Assembly (NCBI GenBank): GCA_951406725.2
Contig: OX597827.1
Location: 69,440,001 to 69,504,000 of the forward strand
DNA: 64,000 nt
Source of the DNA: Octopus vulgaris
Lineage: Eukaryota
Reading direction: 5' to 3'
Below, piece by piece: positions 11,227 to 25,324 of this stretch. The notes beneath the pieces are model-generated. The model ran no database searches, was not told the DNA's origin, and saw only the letters and a program-made list of their open reading frames with translations. Positions within the stretch are counted from its first letter, which is position 1, and each line of letters begins with the position of its first letter. The translations under genes were made by a program, and so were the position numbers.

Positions 11227-11263
<37 letters not shown>

Positions 11264-12372
11264 GAAGTATATCTCCAAACTTACAGGGAAAAATTCAATT
11301 TAGTATTAAATCAAATTTCACAGTATAAATATGTCTATCGCTGTTTGAATTGCATAATAGTGGTTTTATCTCTAATTTATATTTTATATATATATATATA
11401 TAGGGGTAGGTATGGCTGTGTGATAAGAAGCTTCCCAACTGCATGGCTCCGGGTTCAGTCCTACTGTGTCGCATCTTGGGCAAGTGTCTTCTACCTATAG
11501 CCTCGGGTTGCGCAAAGCCTTGTGAGGAAGTTTGGTAGATGGAAACTGAAAGAAGCCCATCATTTATATATTTACATGTGTGTGTGTGTCTTTGTACCTG
11601 TATTTGTCTCCCACTACTACTTGAAAACCAGTGTTGGTGTGTTTATGTCCCCCATTACTTAGCAGTTTGGCAAACGATAGCAATAGAATGAGTACCAGGT
11701 TTTTAAAAAAAAAAGGTCCTGGGGTCAATTCATTCAGCTAAAAGCATTTCAAGGTGATGTCCCAGTATGGCCACAGTCTAATGACTGAAACAAGTAAAAT
11801 GCACAGACTCACACAATTGATAATCCTTTTTCCAAAAGGCTTAGGACCAGAATTGTTTCAGTTTCTGGGGTTTCTAATGGTTGTATATTTACATTTATAA
11901 AATGGGACATCTTAGGAAGGAAAACAGCCCTCCTATCTAAACATATTTATCCATTCACAGATCCACAACCCAGCTAATATGCATACGTATACCCATGAAG
12001 ATAATTTTATATAAATTTGGCACTAATTTCCAATTATGCACTTGTAAAAAGGTTTGCTCTGCTGTGGGGGCCGTGGAGATAGGCTTGTGCTTTTCACCAA
12101 AACAAATCTGTCCATTTACTCTTTTGATTGACCAACCTCAGCCAGATGACGATTCCTTAGGTTGGGCAACAGCTGATGGCTAGAAGCATGGTTCACAGCA
12201 GCTGTTCACGTTCCTAAGGAATTTTCTTAGCACTTTCTGGAATTTTACACGTATCGCACTTCTCTCACTTGAGTGGGGCAGAGGAAGCATTTCAGGTTTT
12301 TAGAGTTGTTTTGTTTTTTTTTTTCTTTTGCCTTACAAGATTCTGAATTTTGGATAAAGGATTATCATCAAC

Positions 12373-12405
<33 letters not shown>

Positions 12406-12655
12406 CTTCTTTCTTCTTGTCTTGAGACAGCATTCACCCGGGGTGGGTTGAGCTGGCTTCATTCACCTTCAATGCTGCATCTCTCACAAACGCCAACTAG
12501 ACGTGGCAATTTGAGGCTAACGACCGCGTGATCTCCAACCACTCCTTATTCCAGCGGTGAACGCCGTAGATATGCGGGCCTAGGTTGGGTTCCAGATCAG
12601 CCTTGACTGTCATCAGCCAAATTTCAAACCTGGCTGAAATACACACACACACAAG

Positions 12656-12862
12656 GGGGTACTGGAAAGTTCCTGGGTTTGGATTAAAATGATACAAGAG
12701 GATCAGTTAATTATGATTTTATTCAACATATTCCCCTCTCAGATTCATACACTTATTGCAGCAGTCCTTCAGTTTTTCTGAACCCTGCAAAAGACCTCAT
12801 AAGGTTGGGCTTCCCACTACGCCTTTTACAATACTCTTAAAGCCAAGAACTTTTCAGCACCC
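12656..12862. mobile_element. Mariner-like MITE
   Basis: Imperfect TIRs GGGTACTGGAAAGTTCCTGG / CCAAGAACTTTTCAGCACCC. Confidence 0.55.
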
Positions 12863-14874
12863 TTTTTTGTGTGTGTGTTTGTGTATAATAATTGTTATGT
12901 AATCAAGTTTGGCTGTGTGGTTAAGAAGCTTGCTTCCCAGTCACATGGTTTTGGGTTCAGTCCCACTGTGTGGCACCTTGGGCAAGTGTTTTCTTCAGCC
13001 TTGGGCCGACCAAAGCTTTGCGGGCAAATTTCTGTGATAGGCAGAAATTCCATCGTGTGTGCGTGAACATGCTTGTTCCTTGTTTGATAGATAAGAGATA
13101 TCTACATTCATTGGTGTCAGCCTCTTAACCAGGGTCTATAATTAGTTATGTGTAATTAGGAATCCAGCACTAAAGTCATTAATTAGTGATGCAGCATGGG
13201 AAAGACCATATGCTTAGAATGTACTTTATCTGTTGGGAACACACTGATGTGATTTCAGTTTATACTGATTCCAATATTTGTACATCAGGCACAAGGGTTA
13301 TAAATAGTGTCAATTTCTCTCAACTTTTTCTCCATTTGTATGCATCCATCCATGAACCAGTGGTTCTGTTGACTTGAGGGAATGCCTCCTCAACTCATAA
13401 AAACTCTTTTGATACTGTGGTGGGAGGCAGGGGTGGAGTAGACTTGAACCCCAAACTAAAAGATTTACACAAAATGTTGGTGCAAACAATGCATTTGCCT
13501 CCTTGCTTGGGCTGGACCTCCTCATATGCCCCCTCTTTTTTTTTTTTTGTCTGGTTCGACTGGAGCAACCTGATTTACAGAAGTGAGTGGGCCTGGTAAG
13601 GATGGGAGAGACAAAATGCTGAGGGTTGAATGATTTCTTTGGCCAGTCAGCTGACTGCCCCCTGAATCCAGTGTCCAACTCTTATACTCCTGTCACACGT
13701 TTGTGTACCTGTGTATATAGGATAAAGATTCTTTCTGATCCCTATAGACTCATGAGATCGGTTTTCCTGGTTTCTGTGGCACATATATATTAATGAGAAT
13801 TTGGCTCAGTTCCATGTGACTTAAAGTTTCATGGACATGTAGGACAAATCTACTTCTTCTCTCGGTATCAGATGAGTTTATTCTATGAGCCCATGAACCC
13901 TTTAAGTCACATGGAGCTTATGTCGAAACTATTACTTAAAAAAATAATTGTAACCCCTACTAAATGCATTGAGTGCCAATTTTTAATTTGTCCACTTATG
14001 AGTGTGCATGATTATATATATATGAGTGGCTGTGTGGTAAGTAGCTTGCTTACCAACCACATGGTTCCGGGCTCAGTCCCACTGTGTGGCACCTTGTGAG
14101 TGGATTTGGTAGATGGAAACTGAAAGAAGCCTGTCATATATATGTATGTGTGTATATATTTATGTGTGTGTATATGTTTGTGTGTCTGTGCTTGTCCCCC
14201 CCCAACATCACTTGACAACCGATGCTGGTGTGTTTATGCCCCCGTAACTTAGCGGTTCAGCAAAAGAGACCGATAGAATAAGTACTAGGCTTACAAAGAA
14301 TAAGTCCCGGGGGTCGATTCGCTCGACTAAAAGGCGGTGCTCCAGCATGGCCGCAGTCAAATGACTGAAATAAGTAAAAGCCTAAAAGATGGACTCTCAC
14401 ATTGAAGACTACGTATGAGTGTCCAGCTTTCACCAAACGACCTGCCAAAATTATTTGTTTATAGTGATCAAATGTTTGTGCAGCATGTCACCTCACTTTC
14501 TCTCCATCAAGCCGATGTTACCTGAACAGGTGCACTGTGTACCACGAATCAGGTGTCAAAGTGATCGCAGGAGCAACATGGCATGATGTGTTCTGCTCGA
14601 GAACACAACACACTACCTGGTCTAGGTACTGAAATCATGATCTCAAGAGATACATATATATATATATAGTGTGTGTGTGTGTGTATTTCTACAGTATTTT
14701 TGCATAAAGTATGATATACAGAATGCTATGTATATATTATAAAATTTGTTTTAGTAGTGACCTCCTTATTGGTAGATATTCAGTTGCTATCCTTCTTTGA
14801 ACTGGCTTTTTGTAATAACATTAACATTTATATACACACACATACTTATAAAAATTTTCATTGACTTTTATTTA

Positions 14875-15163
14875 ATAATAATAATAATAATGAAATTATC
14901 ATATACAGTGCTCAGGTGCACCACAACTTGTCAAAAGTGCGTATAAAGCATATGCAGTAATGTACAAATGTCTGGAAAGCGAACAGTGTATGAGTCAGAT
15001 ACATGCTTGCGTGTGTATGGAGGGGAGGAAATCAGGTGTAGTGTTGGCGAATCTCAGAAAGCATGGAAGTTTTGAAGGATGTAGTGCTCCGACAACTAAC
15101 AACTGATGCCGGCAGTTTGTTCCATGCTTCAGCAACTCTTAGCGTGAAAAAATGTTTCCGAAA
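14875..15163 (-). mobile_element. CR1-like LINE 3' end with (TTA)n tail
   Basis: Minus frame FRKHFFTLRVAEAWNKLPASVV...SFK, a typical CR1 ORF2 C-terminus. Confidence 0.75.
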
Positions 15164-15827
15164 GATGATCTCTCTCTCTCTCTCTCCCACATGTGACATC
15201 TTACATCTATTAAATTCTCGTGTTTATTTTGAATCTCATATTGATACGCTGTCGAGGTTTAAACTTTTTCCCGATAAAGCTATCTCGGATTTTTATCTTT
15301 ATACTTTTTATTTAATTCAAAGTAATTTTCACATCTCTGTGTCCAGCCGACTTGCTCAACAAAATTACACTAATTTAATTCCCATCAGCATAACCTGTAT
15401 CGTTATTATTGTTTTACAACCCTAGGTCACCTTTGATAGATCAAGCAGACCTATGATTGAAATCTTTCCCACCATGACCAACCAGTTTTTTTTTCCTGTA
15501 TCTCCGTCACCCCCCCCCCCCCCCTAATTCCATTGCCTTCTTCAAAATAGACAGTCATATTGCATGAAGGTGTGTTGGCAGTTATGCCTTTCCAATAACA
15601 GGAGGTTACTACGTTTTCATTGAGGCTTCCATGTTGTTCTTTAACCCCCAAGACAACTCTGCTTATGCAACCTATGATCGTAGATGTTGCAAAGGAGACC
15701 ATCCGCTCTTTGTCCAATATGCCCTCACGCTCGAATGGTGTTTTTAACGTGCCATCGGCACGAAGGCTAGCTTGTTGCTCTGGCAACGATCTCACTCATA
15801 TGGTACTCTTAGTGCTATGTGTATCAT

Positions 15828-18800
15828 ATTTTCTGGCATACAAATTTATTTAAGTATGTAATATAAACATCTAATGTAAACAAACAACATCTGTCTTTCC
15901 AAATCCCGCTGCATTTAACACGGAATATTTGGTCCTCCCAAATCATCTTGGTGTATAAGTTAACCTACCTCTTTTTGGCTGCAAATTTTGGTCTGAAAAA
16001 TTCAACTTGTATACTGGAAAATACAATAATTCCGCTTAAATCCAGTTTATCTCTCAGCTCATCTGTACCATGTCATTCGTACATACTTACTAAAATTATA
16101 CATCCAGCAGACGTGTAGTAATACCCCAAGTTTTTCTCCAACCTTTTCGCATCTTTTCCATTCAATACCCACATCTCACTCTACACTTGGCTCAAAGAGA
16201 AAATCTCCCCGATTTTAGTAGGTTTAATAGCTCCCAGAATGTTTTTCACTTTGTTCTTATTTTGCTTTTAGATTACCCCTAATCCACAGCTGATTTGGGT
16301 GCTTAAGTGACAGGAGCTATCAACTAATTCTGAAGAACCATTTGTCACCTTGAGCAAGACACACAACACTGTTTGCTCCAGCTTGCCAGTTCTGTTCGCA
16401 TTTCACGACTGAGTAGTTAAAGGTAGGGTGTGTAGTCTGCTGTAAAGTTGGATTTTTTAAAAATCTTTACTCACGCTGGCATTGTTATATGTTTAAACTC
16501 TATATATCATAGGATGTGGAGGCACATGGCCTCGTGGTTAGAGCAGTGGACTCGCAGTCAAGGAATCGCGGGTTCGAATCTCAGACCGGGCGATGTGTGT
16601 GTTTATGAGTGAAACACCTAAGCTCTACACGGCTCCGGCAGAAGCTAATGGCGAACTTCTGCTGACTCTTTTGCCACAACATTCTCTCACCCTTTCCTTC
16701 TGCATCTTGCAACTCACCTGCGATGGACCATCGTCCCATCCAGGTGGGGAACCTATACGCCAAGGAAACTGGGAAACCGGCCCTTATGAGCCAGGCATAG
16801 CTCAAGAAGGAACAACAACATATCACAGGATGGCAAATGTGTATCCAGTGATATGATAAATCTCATTGTACGATAGCATTTGCTAGCCAGTTACCTGCAG
16901 ATGAGCTTTGTAAACTACAAGGTTTATACCCAAATTGAATTCACACACAGATATATATATAAGTAAATTGAAAACGTCCTTTGAACCTTGGCTGCTTGAC
17001 TTCAGGCTTTCCATGCTTGTATCAACAAATTTGCACTAAGTTACCAAAATCACCCAAGCATAATAATAATAATTATACAACTACTAAATAATTCTGTCTA
17101 CTTGTTCACCTGCCATTGCTTTTTTTGTGTGTGTGTGTTTGACATCTTGTTTGTCTGTTGCTCTCCAATCTCACCCACAAGATCCTTCCATGTTGTCAAC
17201 CGTCCTCTACCCAAAAGCTGTTTCACCAATTTTGTATGTTCTAATTCCTCATTTGCTATCCTTACTGCATTCTGTGTCTATAAGAACCCCCAAAACCCTG
17301 TCTTCCAGTAAATTAACCCCCTCCCCCGCTTCCTGGTTCATGCATGATCTATAATGCTTTCTTTCCCTGCTTGTTTTTACCGTCCACTGGTTTTCAGTTT
17401 TCGCCAAGCATTATGGCCATCTCCTGCTCCTTCCTGCCATATAAATACCTGCCTATCTTCTGTGTCAACTGATAATTCTCTGCTGCTCTGCCATGAATTA
17501 TGGCAAGCTGGCAGAATCACTAGAATCATCATCATCGTTTAACGTCCGCTTTCCCTGCTAGCATGGGTTGGACGATTTGACTGAGGACTGGCGAACCAGA
17601 TGGTTGCACCAGGCTCCTATCTTGATCTGGCAGGGTTTCTACAGCTGGATGCCCTTCCTAATGCCAACCACTGCGAGAGTGTAGTGGGTGCTTTTACGTG
17701 CCACCTGCATATATATATGCATGTATGTATATATATATGTGTGTGTGTGTATGTACATATATATATATGCATGCATGTATATATATGCATGCATGTATAT
17801 ATATATACATGCATATACATACATATATGTATGTATGTGTGTGTGTGTAATAGAATAAAGATACAAACAGGCAAATAACTGGTGAGGTTTCCCTGTGGTA
17901 TTTCTTGTGGCTCTGTACATTCTGGGTTCAAATTCTGCTGAGGTTCAAACCTTGCCTTTCATCTCTCTGGAATTTGTTGAAATAAAGTACCAGCCAAATT
18001 CAAGTTCTGACTTAGTACCGACTGGTCATCTCTTCTCAAAATGACTGGCCTTGTGCACAAATTTGAAATGATTTTTTTTCATATCTTGAAGCAATCAGCT
18101 TGTGATCCTGTTGTAAATTTATAGACCCTTGCCATTCCCTACTCTCACCCCTTGCTGTTGTACTTTGGTCATCTTATGGTGCTATTCCAAGTATTCCTGT
18201 TGTACTGTGGTCACCTTGTGCTGCTGTTGTACGCAATGACCATTTACCGCTCCGGCCATCGAACCCTGACGTGCTATTGTTGTTTTTTTATTTGCTCATT
18301 CCAACGGTGGTTGTCATTAGGAACGGCAACCGATTTAATTTAACCCCCGGCTGTATTGTGATAATTTTGTGGTGCTGATTATTTAACGAATGACTAACAT
18401 TTTTTTGCTCTTTGCCGCAAAGCCTCACCCACTCTTTTTTTTTTGGTTAATACTCTGGTGCTGTTGTTAATAAGTGACCGTTTCTTGTTCTTGCCATGTA
18501 TTCTAGTTGTGTTGTGATCTTCATGCAGTGCTGTTTAGTGTTATTTAGAGACCACTTTACTCCTGCCATCTTTTACACAGATGTGGTGATGTTGTGTGTA
18601 GTTGATAAATCCTTACTCCAACCATGGCCGTTTTTATCCTTTCTTTTTAGCTTCCAGTCATCCTGTTGTACTGGTGTGAGTGTATACTGACCATTATCTC
18701 CTTCCTGCCATGTATCCCTCTCTTGGCCATTTTTATGGTGCTTGCAATGCTCCTCTTTTTTTTTTTATTATTATTTGCCCTGCCTTGCTTCAATTCAAAA

Positions 18801-19170
18801 TAACGTGACCAAAATTCCAGATTCATAAACCCTTCAGTTTCTCACTCCCACCCCACTGTTATTTTCTGGCATACAAATCTATTTAGTATGTAATATAAAC
18901 ATCTAGTGTAAACAAACAACATCTGTCTTTCCAAATCCCGCTGCATTTAACATGGAACTTTTGGTCCTGCCAAATCATCTTGGTGTATAAGTTAACCTAT
19001 CTCTTTTTGGCTGCAAATTTTGGTCTGAAAAATTCAACTTGTATACTGGAAAATACAATAATTCTGCTTAAATCCAGTTTATCTCTCAGCTCATCTGTAC
19101 CATGTCATTCGTACATATTTACTAAAATTATACATCCAGCTGATGTGTAGTAATACTTCTAGTTTTTCTC
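15828..19170 (+). repeat. About 310-bp direct duplication (15828-16135 and 18860-19170)
   Basis: Near-identical blocks starting TTTTCTGGCATACAAAT. Confidence 0.85.
16517..16820 (+). mobile_element. tRNA-Arg-like SINE with V-domain-like core; second copy at 24064-24362
   Basis: tRNA head GGAGGCACATGGCC..GTGGTTAGAGCAG.GGACTCGC..GGTTCGAATC; core CCTGCGATGGACC..CGTCCCATCCAGG. Confidence 0.8.
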
Positions 19171-19184
19171 CCAAAACTGCAAGA

Positions 19185-20430
19185 TGATAGAATCGGCAGC
19201 GCAACAGACAAAATGCTTAGCAGTATTTCTTCAGGCTCTATACGTCCTGTGTTCAAACCCCACCAAGGTCAACTTTGCCTTTCATCCTTTTGGGGTTAAT
19301 AAAATAAGTACCATTCGAGCACTGGGTTGATATAATTGACTAACTACACCGACCCCGTTCCCCAAATTCCAGGCCTTGTGCCAAAATTTGAAGCCATTAT
19401 TATTACCATTGTTTAAGGCAGCAAGCTTGGCAGAACTGTTACCCCTCTGGGACAAAGTTTAATGGCATTTAAATCTTGGGTTTAAATTCTTCCAAGGTCA
19501 TCTTTCCTTTCAAGGTCAGTAAAGTAAGTTCAGCAGTGGGGTCAATGTATTTGGCTAGTCCCCTATTACAAAATTACGGGCCTTGTGCCTATATTAGAAA
19601 ACTTATTATTATTAAAGCGGTGAGCAGGCAGAATCTTTACCACGCTGGACAAAATGCTTAGCAGTATTTCACGTATCGCTACATTCCGAGTTCAAATTCT
19701 GCTGAGGTCGACTTTGCCTTTCATCCTTTCACGGTTGATAAATTAAGTACCAGTCATGTACTGGGGTTGATGTGATCGGATAGCCCCCCCCCCCACCTCC
19801 TCAAATTCCAGGCCTTGTGCCTATATTAGAAAGGATTATTATTAAGGTGGCAAGCTGGTAAAATCGTTAGAATGCCGGGCGAAATGCTTAATGGTATTTC
19901 GTCTGTCACTGCATTCTGAGTTCAAATCCCACCGAGGTTGACTTTGCCTTTCATCCTTTCGGGATCGATAAAATAAGTAGCAGTTGAACACTGGGGTCAA
20001 TGTAATTGCCTATCCCTACTGCCCTTGTGGCAAAATTTGTAAACATTATTCTTATTATTCTTAAGGCAGTGGGCTAGAAGAATCATTAGCACACCGCGCG
20101 AAATGCTTAGCAGTATGGTGCTTGCCGCTATGTTCTGAGTTCAAATTCTGCTGAGGTTAACTTAACCTTTCATCCTTTCGGGGTCGATAAATTAAGTACC
20201 AGTTACATCCTGGGGGTTAATGTAAGACTATCCCTTCCCCTAAATTTCAGGCCCAGTGCCCTTTATAGAAAGGATTATTATTCAAATTCCGCCAAGTTTG
20301 ACTTTGCCTTTCATCCTTCCGGGGTCAATAAATTAAATACCAGTTACAGACTGGGGGTCGATGTAATCGACTAGTCTCCTCCTTCCACAAAATTTCAGGC
20401 CCTGTGCATTTAGTAGAAAGGATTATTATT
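19185..20430 (+). mobile_element. Head-to-tail cluster of about 6 SINE-B-related copies
   Basis: Repeated GCCTTTCATCCTTT..GGGTCGATAAA..AAGTACC with a GGCCTTGTGCC tail and (TTA)n spacers; a similar minus-strand cluster is at 57870-59020. Confidence 0.8.
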
Positions 20431-22659
20431 ATTATTGATGATATCATATCAAGTTTCATTCATCATCATCATCGTTTAACATCCGTTTTCCATGCTAGCA
20501 TGGGTTGGACGGTTCAACTGGGGTCTGGGAAGCCAGGAGGCTGCACCAGGCTCCAGTCTGATCTGGCAGTGTTTCTACAGCTGGATGCCCTTCCTAATGC
20601 CAACCACTCCGTGAGTGTAGTGGGTGCTTTTTACGTGCCAGGGGAGGCTGGCAATGGCCACGATCAGTTGGTGGTTTTTATGTGCCACCGGTGCGGAAGC
20701 CAGTCAAGGTGGTGCTGGCATCGACCACGTATGGATGGTGCTTTTTACGTGCCACCGGCACAGGTGCCATGTAAAATAATTCATCAGCATTTTCACCACT
20801 TGGTAAATGTGTGTATGTATGTATATATTTATTTATGTGTGTGTGTGTAGAGAGAGAGAGCTGAACTACAGAATCAGATGCTGTTGGAAATGGCCCCACA
20901 GCAAACTTATATCTCATTGTATTGGAATAGTTCTTGCTTGCAAGGCCCTTATATCAGATCCTGCAACCCCACTAACAAAGTGTGAAATGTTTGGTGTGCT
21001 ACTTTTGTAGGTTTCTTATGAGAGGAAGGTTTGGCCAGGAGTTGAGGTCCCTTCTCGTATGGTCTGCTCACATCAAGCTCTAAGGTGTGTTTTCTGTTTC
21101 CTTGCAAAATTTTTCAAGGTGTTTGATGAAGGTAGACATGGTAAGGCACTGATTATCTTCTACCTGTAACTTTTATAACAAAAGATAACTAAAAAATATA
21201 TTAATCAAGGTTTTTTTATGTGTGTGTGTGTGTTTGTTCCCCACTGCTGCTTGACAGCTAGTGTTGGTGTATTTACATCCCTTTAACTTAGCAGTTTGGC
21301 AAGAGAGACTGATGGGATAAGTACTAGGATTGATTAATTTGACTAAGATTCTTGAAGGCGGTGCCCCAGCCTGACTACTGAATCAAGTAAAAGATATGTA
21401 TGGCAGTGAATCATGGCTACATAAATTTATTCTTATGCAAAGCCATATTCTGTTTGGATGGGGAAGGCACATGGGCCTTGGGCCTAGTGGTAAGAATGTT
21501 CAGTTGATGATCACAAGGTCAGGGGATCAATTCCTGGAGTGGGCGGTACATTGTTTTTAAGTAAGTCCCTTCATTTCACGTTGCTCCAATTTACTCACCT
21601 GTTTGTAAGTATCAACCAAGTACTGATGCAGTTTCTCTCTCCCTCCCCAGCTGTTACATCATTGATGTACCCCTGGGTTGAGAGCAGAGCGAATGTCTAA
21701 GAGAGTACTCAATGTCTATTTGTGACTAGACGAGCTCCTTGAACAATTAGCAATGCTAACCAAGTTACAAACTTATCTATAACCACAATCATTCAAGTCT
21801 TAACCATTCCATAATTTATATATATATCTTATCCCTGGCTTATATTGTCTTGTGTAACCCTTTTTTTTTCCTGTATTTTTCTTTTCTTAAATTTACATGT
21901 GATTTGGGGGAATATTTATTTGGCTGCTATTTCTTGTTTGTTGAATAAGCAACCACGTAGGGGGCTCCCTCATTGGTTCAATTAATCCAGGAATAAATAA
22001 GACAAGTTGGCTTGCGGTGAAGGAGAGCCGGGGAGGCAACAGTAAATACGACAACAACAAATTCCTATTTTACCGTCCTTAAAGGGTTTGTGTTTTAGAG
22101 TTGAAATTGTCAGGTATGTAGTACTGTTCTTCTTTGCTTTTTTTGTGTCTGTTCTGATGCCTTCATTAGCAATTATTGGCTCATATCAATTAGGTGGTGA
22201 ACTGACAGAATCATTAGTGTGCCAGGCAAAATGCTTAGCAGCATTTTGGCTGTCTTTTTGTTCCGAGTTCAAATTCCGCCAAGGTCAGCTTTGCCCTTCA
22301 TCCCTTTCAGGGGTCGATAAAATAAGTACAAGTTGAGCACTGGAGTCGATGTAATCGACTTAATCCGTTCCCCACTAAACATGCGGGCCTTGTGCCAAAA
22401 TTTGAAACCAACTGGGAGAGTTTTATTTATTTCCCTTAAATTTTTTTAAAATCCCGTTTTCTTGTTTGGATCTCCATCATTTTATTTATTTTTTTCCTCT
22501 GGCATTTGATCAGAGAAGGGAGGGGGAACTCCCCCCCCCGGTCCCCATATCATCTTCTTTACAGAATCTCCAGGACTTGTAGGAAGAAAACGGAAGATGC
22601 CATGACTCGTGGTTTGCCTGCTGCAAAAGGGGGCAGCACACCAAGGCTTGTTTGTTATA

Positions 22660-23538
22660 CAGTAATCCCTCAACTATCACGGGCGTTACGTTCCGAAACC
22701 TCCCACAGAAATAATTAAAATCTAAAAAAATGCAAACACCCATCACCTGCAGAAACTCACGATATACTGTAGAGTCCCATGATATAAATTTACATCTATA
22801 AGGCGGCGAGCTGGCAGAATCGTTAGCACGCTGGGCGAAATGCTTAGCGGTATTTCATCTGCCGCTACGTTCTGAGTTCAAATTCCACCGAGGTCGACTT
22901 TGCCTTTCATCCTTTCGGGGTCGATTAAATAAGTACCAGTTACGTACTGGGGTCGATATAATCGACTTAATCTGTTTGTCTGTCATTGTTTGTCCTCTCT
23001 GTGTTTAGCCCCTTGTGGGTAGTGAAGAAAGAGGTATAAATTTACATCTATTAGCCAGAAAAATCCGTGATGTGCTGAGTGTTTGTGAGTATCAACCAAT
23101 TTTTAGTTGATATATAAACTGCATTTGTTTCAGATATATATGTATATAGATATGTGAAGGCGCATGGCTCATTGGTTAGAGCGTCGAGCTTACAATCGTG
23201 AGGTTGTGAGCTCGAATCCCAGACCGGGCTGTGTGTTGTGTTCTTGAGCAAGACACTTTATTTCACGTTGCTCCAGTTCACTCAGCTGTAGAAATGAGTT
23301 GCGACGTCACTGGTGCCAAACTGTATCGGCCCCTTTGCCTTTCCCTTGGGTAACATCAGTGGCATAAAGAGGGGAGGCCGGTATGCATGGGCGACTGCTG
23401 GTCTTCCATAAACAACCTTGCCCGGACTTGTGCCTGGGAGGGTAACTTCCTAGGTGCAATCCCATGGTTTGTGTCGTGACCGAAGGGGTCTCAGATATAT
23501 TCCAGATAGGTGAACCACGATATGGCAAGGGATTACTG
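22660..23538. mobile_element. Tigger/pogo-like MITE with two nested SINEs (22801-23035 family B; 23154-23492 tRNA-headed)
   Basis: TA-CAGTAATCCCT...AGGGATTACTG-TA. Confidence 0.75.
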
Positions 23539-24655
23539 TAACGTTGTCAGCGAACCCAAGAGATTTGGACCGAGTGTTTGCAAAACGGATGAGATTCTTC
23601 CAATAAACGGTAACTTACGGCCAAGAGGTAATTTTTTTTTTAAAAACAAAAAAAAAAACCCCAAAAAAGAAGCTGGGTGGACGGATTAAATCTATCATTC
23701 TCCCACATATGCATACAATCATATATACATACAAACCCACACACACACATACATACATACATGCAATGAAACAAAAAGCGTGAAACAGGACATCAAATGA
23801 GGGTGGGTGGGGGGTGGAATATTAACTAAATAACTGGTTTTATGTTTTGTTTTTGTTTTACCCATTCTTAATATTATTGAAAAAAAAATTAACAAATTTT
23901 TCTTTTCACCTGTTTTTTTTTTTAAGAACTTAAAATAAAATTTGAGAAATGATTTCTGTTTTAATTTCTTTTGTGATTTTATGTGTGTGTGTCCTTTCTT
24001 ATTTAATCTCTCTGTCCAATAATGTTACACCACTATATTTAATGGCTATTTAAGCAATGAATTGTGGAGGCACATGGCCTAGTGGTTAGAGCAGCGGACT
24101 CGCGGTCGAGGGGATCACAGGTTCGAATCTCAGACCGGGCGATGCGTGTGATTATGAGCGAAACACCTAAGCTTCACGCGGCTCCGGCAGAAGGTAATGG
24201 CGAACTTCTGCTGACTCTTTCGCCACAACTTTCTCTCACTCTTACCTCCTGCAGGTCACCTGCAACGAACCGGTGTCCCATCCAGGTGGGGAACCTATAC
24301 GACATGGAAACCAGGAAACTGGCCCTTATGAGCCAGGCATGGCTCGAGAAGGAGCAAACAAGCAATGAATTCCTGGATGGTTAATGGGTTGGATGTGGCT
24401 CTGAAAATTCTTGAAATATGCCTATATATCCATTATTTATTTTTTCCATCTTCCAAGCACCATCCAAACATGGCTGATGCCAGCGCCACCTTGACTGGCA
24501 TGTAAAAGGCACCATCCAAATGAGGTTATTCTTAAAAAATAATACTGACAATGACTTGGAAGTTTTGGCCACTTAAGCCATTGTCAGGTGATGGCTTAAC
24601 TGGCCAAAACTTCAAAGTCACTATCAACAACATTCTTGTTTAAGAATAATAAATT

Positions 24656-24924
24656 TAAAGTATACTAGCCATCTCAATATGGCTAACCACTAAGGGTGGG
24701 TGTTACTGTAGCTTTTAGCCCCAGGAGATCATCGTCTCCAGCTGGCTTTAGGCACACTTTCTGTGCTCTTATGCTATTTGCAAATATGACCTCCCTTTGC
24801 AAATATCATAACGGCACAGAAAGTGTGCCTAAAGCCAGCTGGAGACGATGATCTCCTGGGTCTAAAAGCTACAGTAACACCCACCCTTAATGGTTAGCCA
24901 TATTGAGATGGCTAGTATACTTTA
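24656..24924. mobile_element. Long foldback/MITE-like element (about 125-bp arms)
   Basis: TAAAGTATACTAGCCATCTCAATATGG...CCATATTGAGATGGCTAGTATACTTTA. Confidence 0.8.
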
Positions 24925-25005
24925 CGTTGTCGAGCAGTTACTATTTACATCTCGTTCAGAGATTTAATAATAAATTTGTACTCTAGAAAAGTATGGAGTA
25001 ACCCC

Positions 25006-25038
<33 letters not shown>

Positions 25039-25114
25039 ATAAATATTAGGAATAAATCCAAATTTACAGGGAAAAAATCAGATTTAGGATTAAATCCAAT
25101 TTTATAGTAAAATA

Positions 25115-25280
25115 TTATAAAATATTATTAGAGACAAAACCACATTTTACAAAACAAACAAGGAAAGACTTAATCAATACATAAAATTTTAATAAATTGA
25201 CTATTTATTAAAATTTTATGTATTGATTAAGTCTTTCCTTGTTTGTTTTGCAAAATAGTGGTTTTGTCTCTAATAATATT

Positions 25281-25285
<5 letters not shown>
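25115..25285. repeat. AT-rich foldback (about 80-bp arms)
   Basis: Arms flank AATTGACTA at about 25195; a related single arm is at about 11265-11390. Confidence 0.75.

Positions 25286-25324
<39 letters not shown>

Noticed and set aside
16517-16590. tRNA-like sequences (also 23154, 24064, 32421)
   Set aside because: They are SINE heads that continue into SINE bodies and lack a complete cloverleaf.
22482-22673. WCAAPFC...FRF ORF resembling a THAP N-terminus
   Set aside because: The start lies inside a MITE TIR, and no downstream THAP W/C..HF motif appears even after removing the MITE.
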